Notes under the pieces: generated by a model
What the model was told of the DNA's origin: nothing
The model's database searches: none
Seen by the model: the letters and a program-made list of their open reading frames with translations, nothing else
Shown here: positions 63,790 through 64,000 of the stretch, piece after piece
How positions within the stretch are numbered: the stretch's first letter is position 1
Layout of the letters: the number at the start of each line of letters is the position of its first letter
From: an uncultured candidate division Zixibacteria bacterium
Lineage (GTDB): Bacteria; Zixibacteria; MSB-5A5; GN15; PGXB01
DNA length: 64,000 bases
Direction of reading: 5' to 3'
Assembly (NCBI GenBank): GCA_963702205.1
Contig: OY969724.1
Location: forward strand, 1-64,000
Made by a program: the position numbers and the translations under genes

Positions 63790-63837
63790 TTGACACTTCA
63801 TTAGTTGTACATTACAATTAATTCAACTTGCAACTAA
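63790..63837 (+). promoter_or_regulatory. Sigma-70 promoter with overlapping palindromic operator
   Basis: TTGACA-17 nt-TACAAT; TAGTTGTA-cat-TACAATTA palindrome. Confidence 0.7.
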
Positions 63838-63848
63838 TAAGGAGTGTC

Positions 63849-64000
63849 ATGAATAAAAATCAGGTTGAAAATTTCAGGAAAATACTCAGGCAGATCCAGA
63901 GAGAAATAATGGAATTATTCAAGAATGATGCCCAATGCTGCGGTATAAGCCTTGCCCAGTGTCATGCAATGATAGAGCTGGGTAATTCGGACAAGACTGC
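63849..64000 (+). CDS. MarR-family regulator, 5' part (runs off window)
   Basis: MNKNQVENFRKILRQ...AQCCGISLAQCHAMIEL; AAGGAG RBS. Confidence 0.75.
   Translation, partial: MNKNQVENFRKILRQIQREIMELFKNDAQCCGISLAQCHAMIELGNSDKT

Overview
Bacterial chromosomal window; the gene content suggests an anaerobic Desulfobacterota/deltaproteobacterium. Housekeeping genes are smc, uvrB, cysS, ispF, gmhA, selA, tRNA-His and adk. There is a sigma-54 signalling cluster, a RAYT-type HUH transposase inside a 311-bp duplication, and two patches of decayed accessory genes (about 16.3-20 kb and 26.7-27.9 kb). A roughly 17-kb arsenic/metalloid cluster runs from 37.4 to 54.5 kb. Four things stand out. (1) An octaheme c-type cytochrome is split in the ORF track, but the first break is an in-frame UGA followed by a SECIS-like hairpin, so it is a probable selenoprotein inside the ars cluster. 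(2) A MaeB-like protein lacks the malic-enzyme catalytic Lys and two metal ligands, and lies directly downstream of a 1690-aa dikinase-like gene with His-swivel then ATP-binding domains and no pyruvate-binding domain. (3) A ~550-nt nested double-hairpin non-coding element follows tRNA-His. (4) There is an orphan E2-like/SEC-C gene. Several single-base frameshifts look like assembly errors. All family calls are from motif recognition only; no database searches were run.
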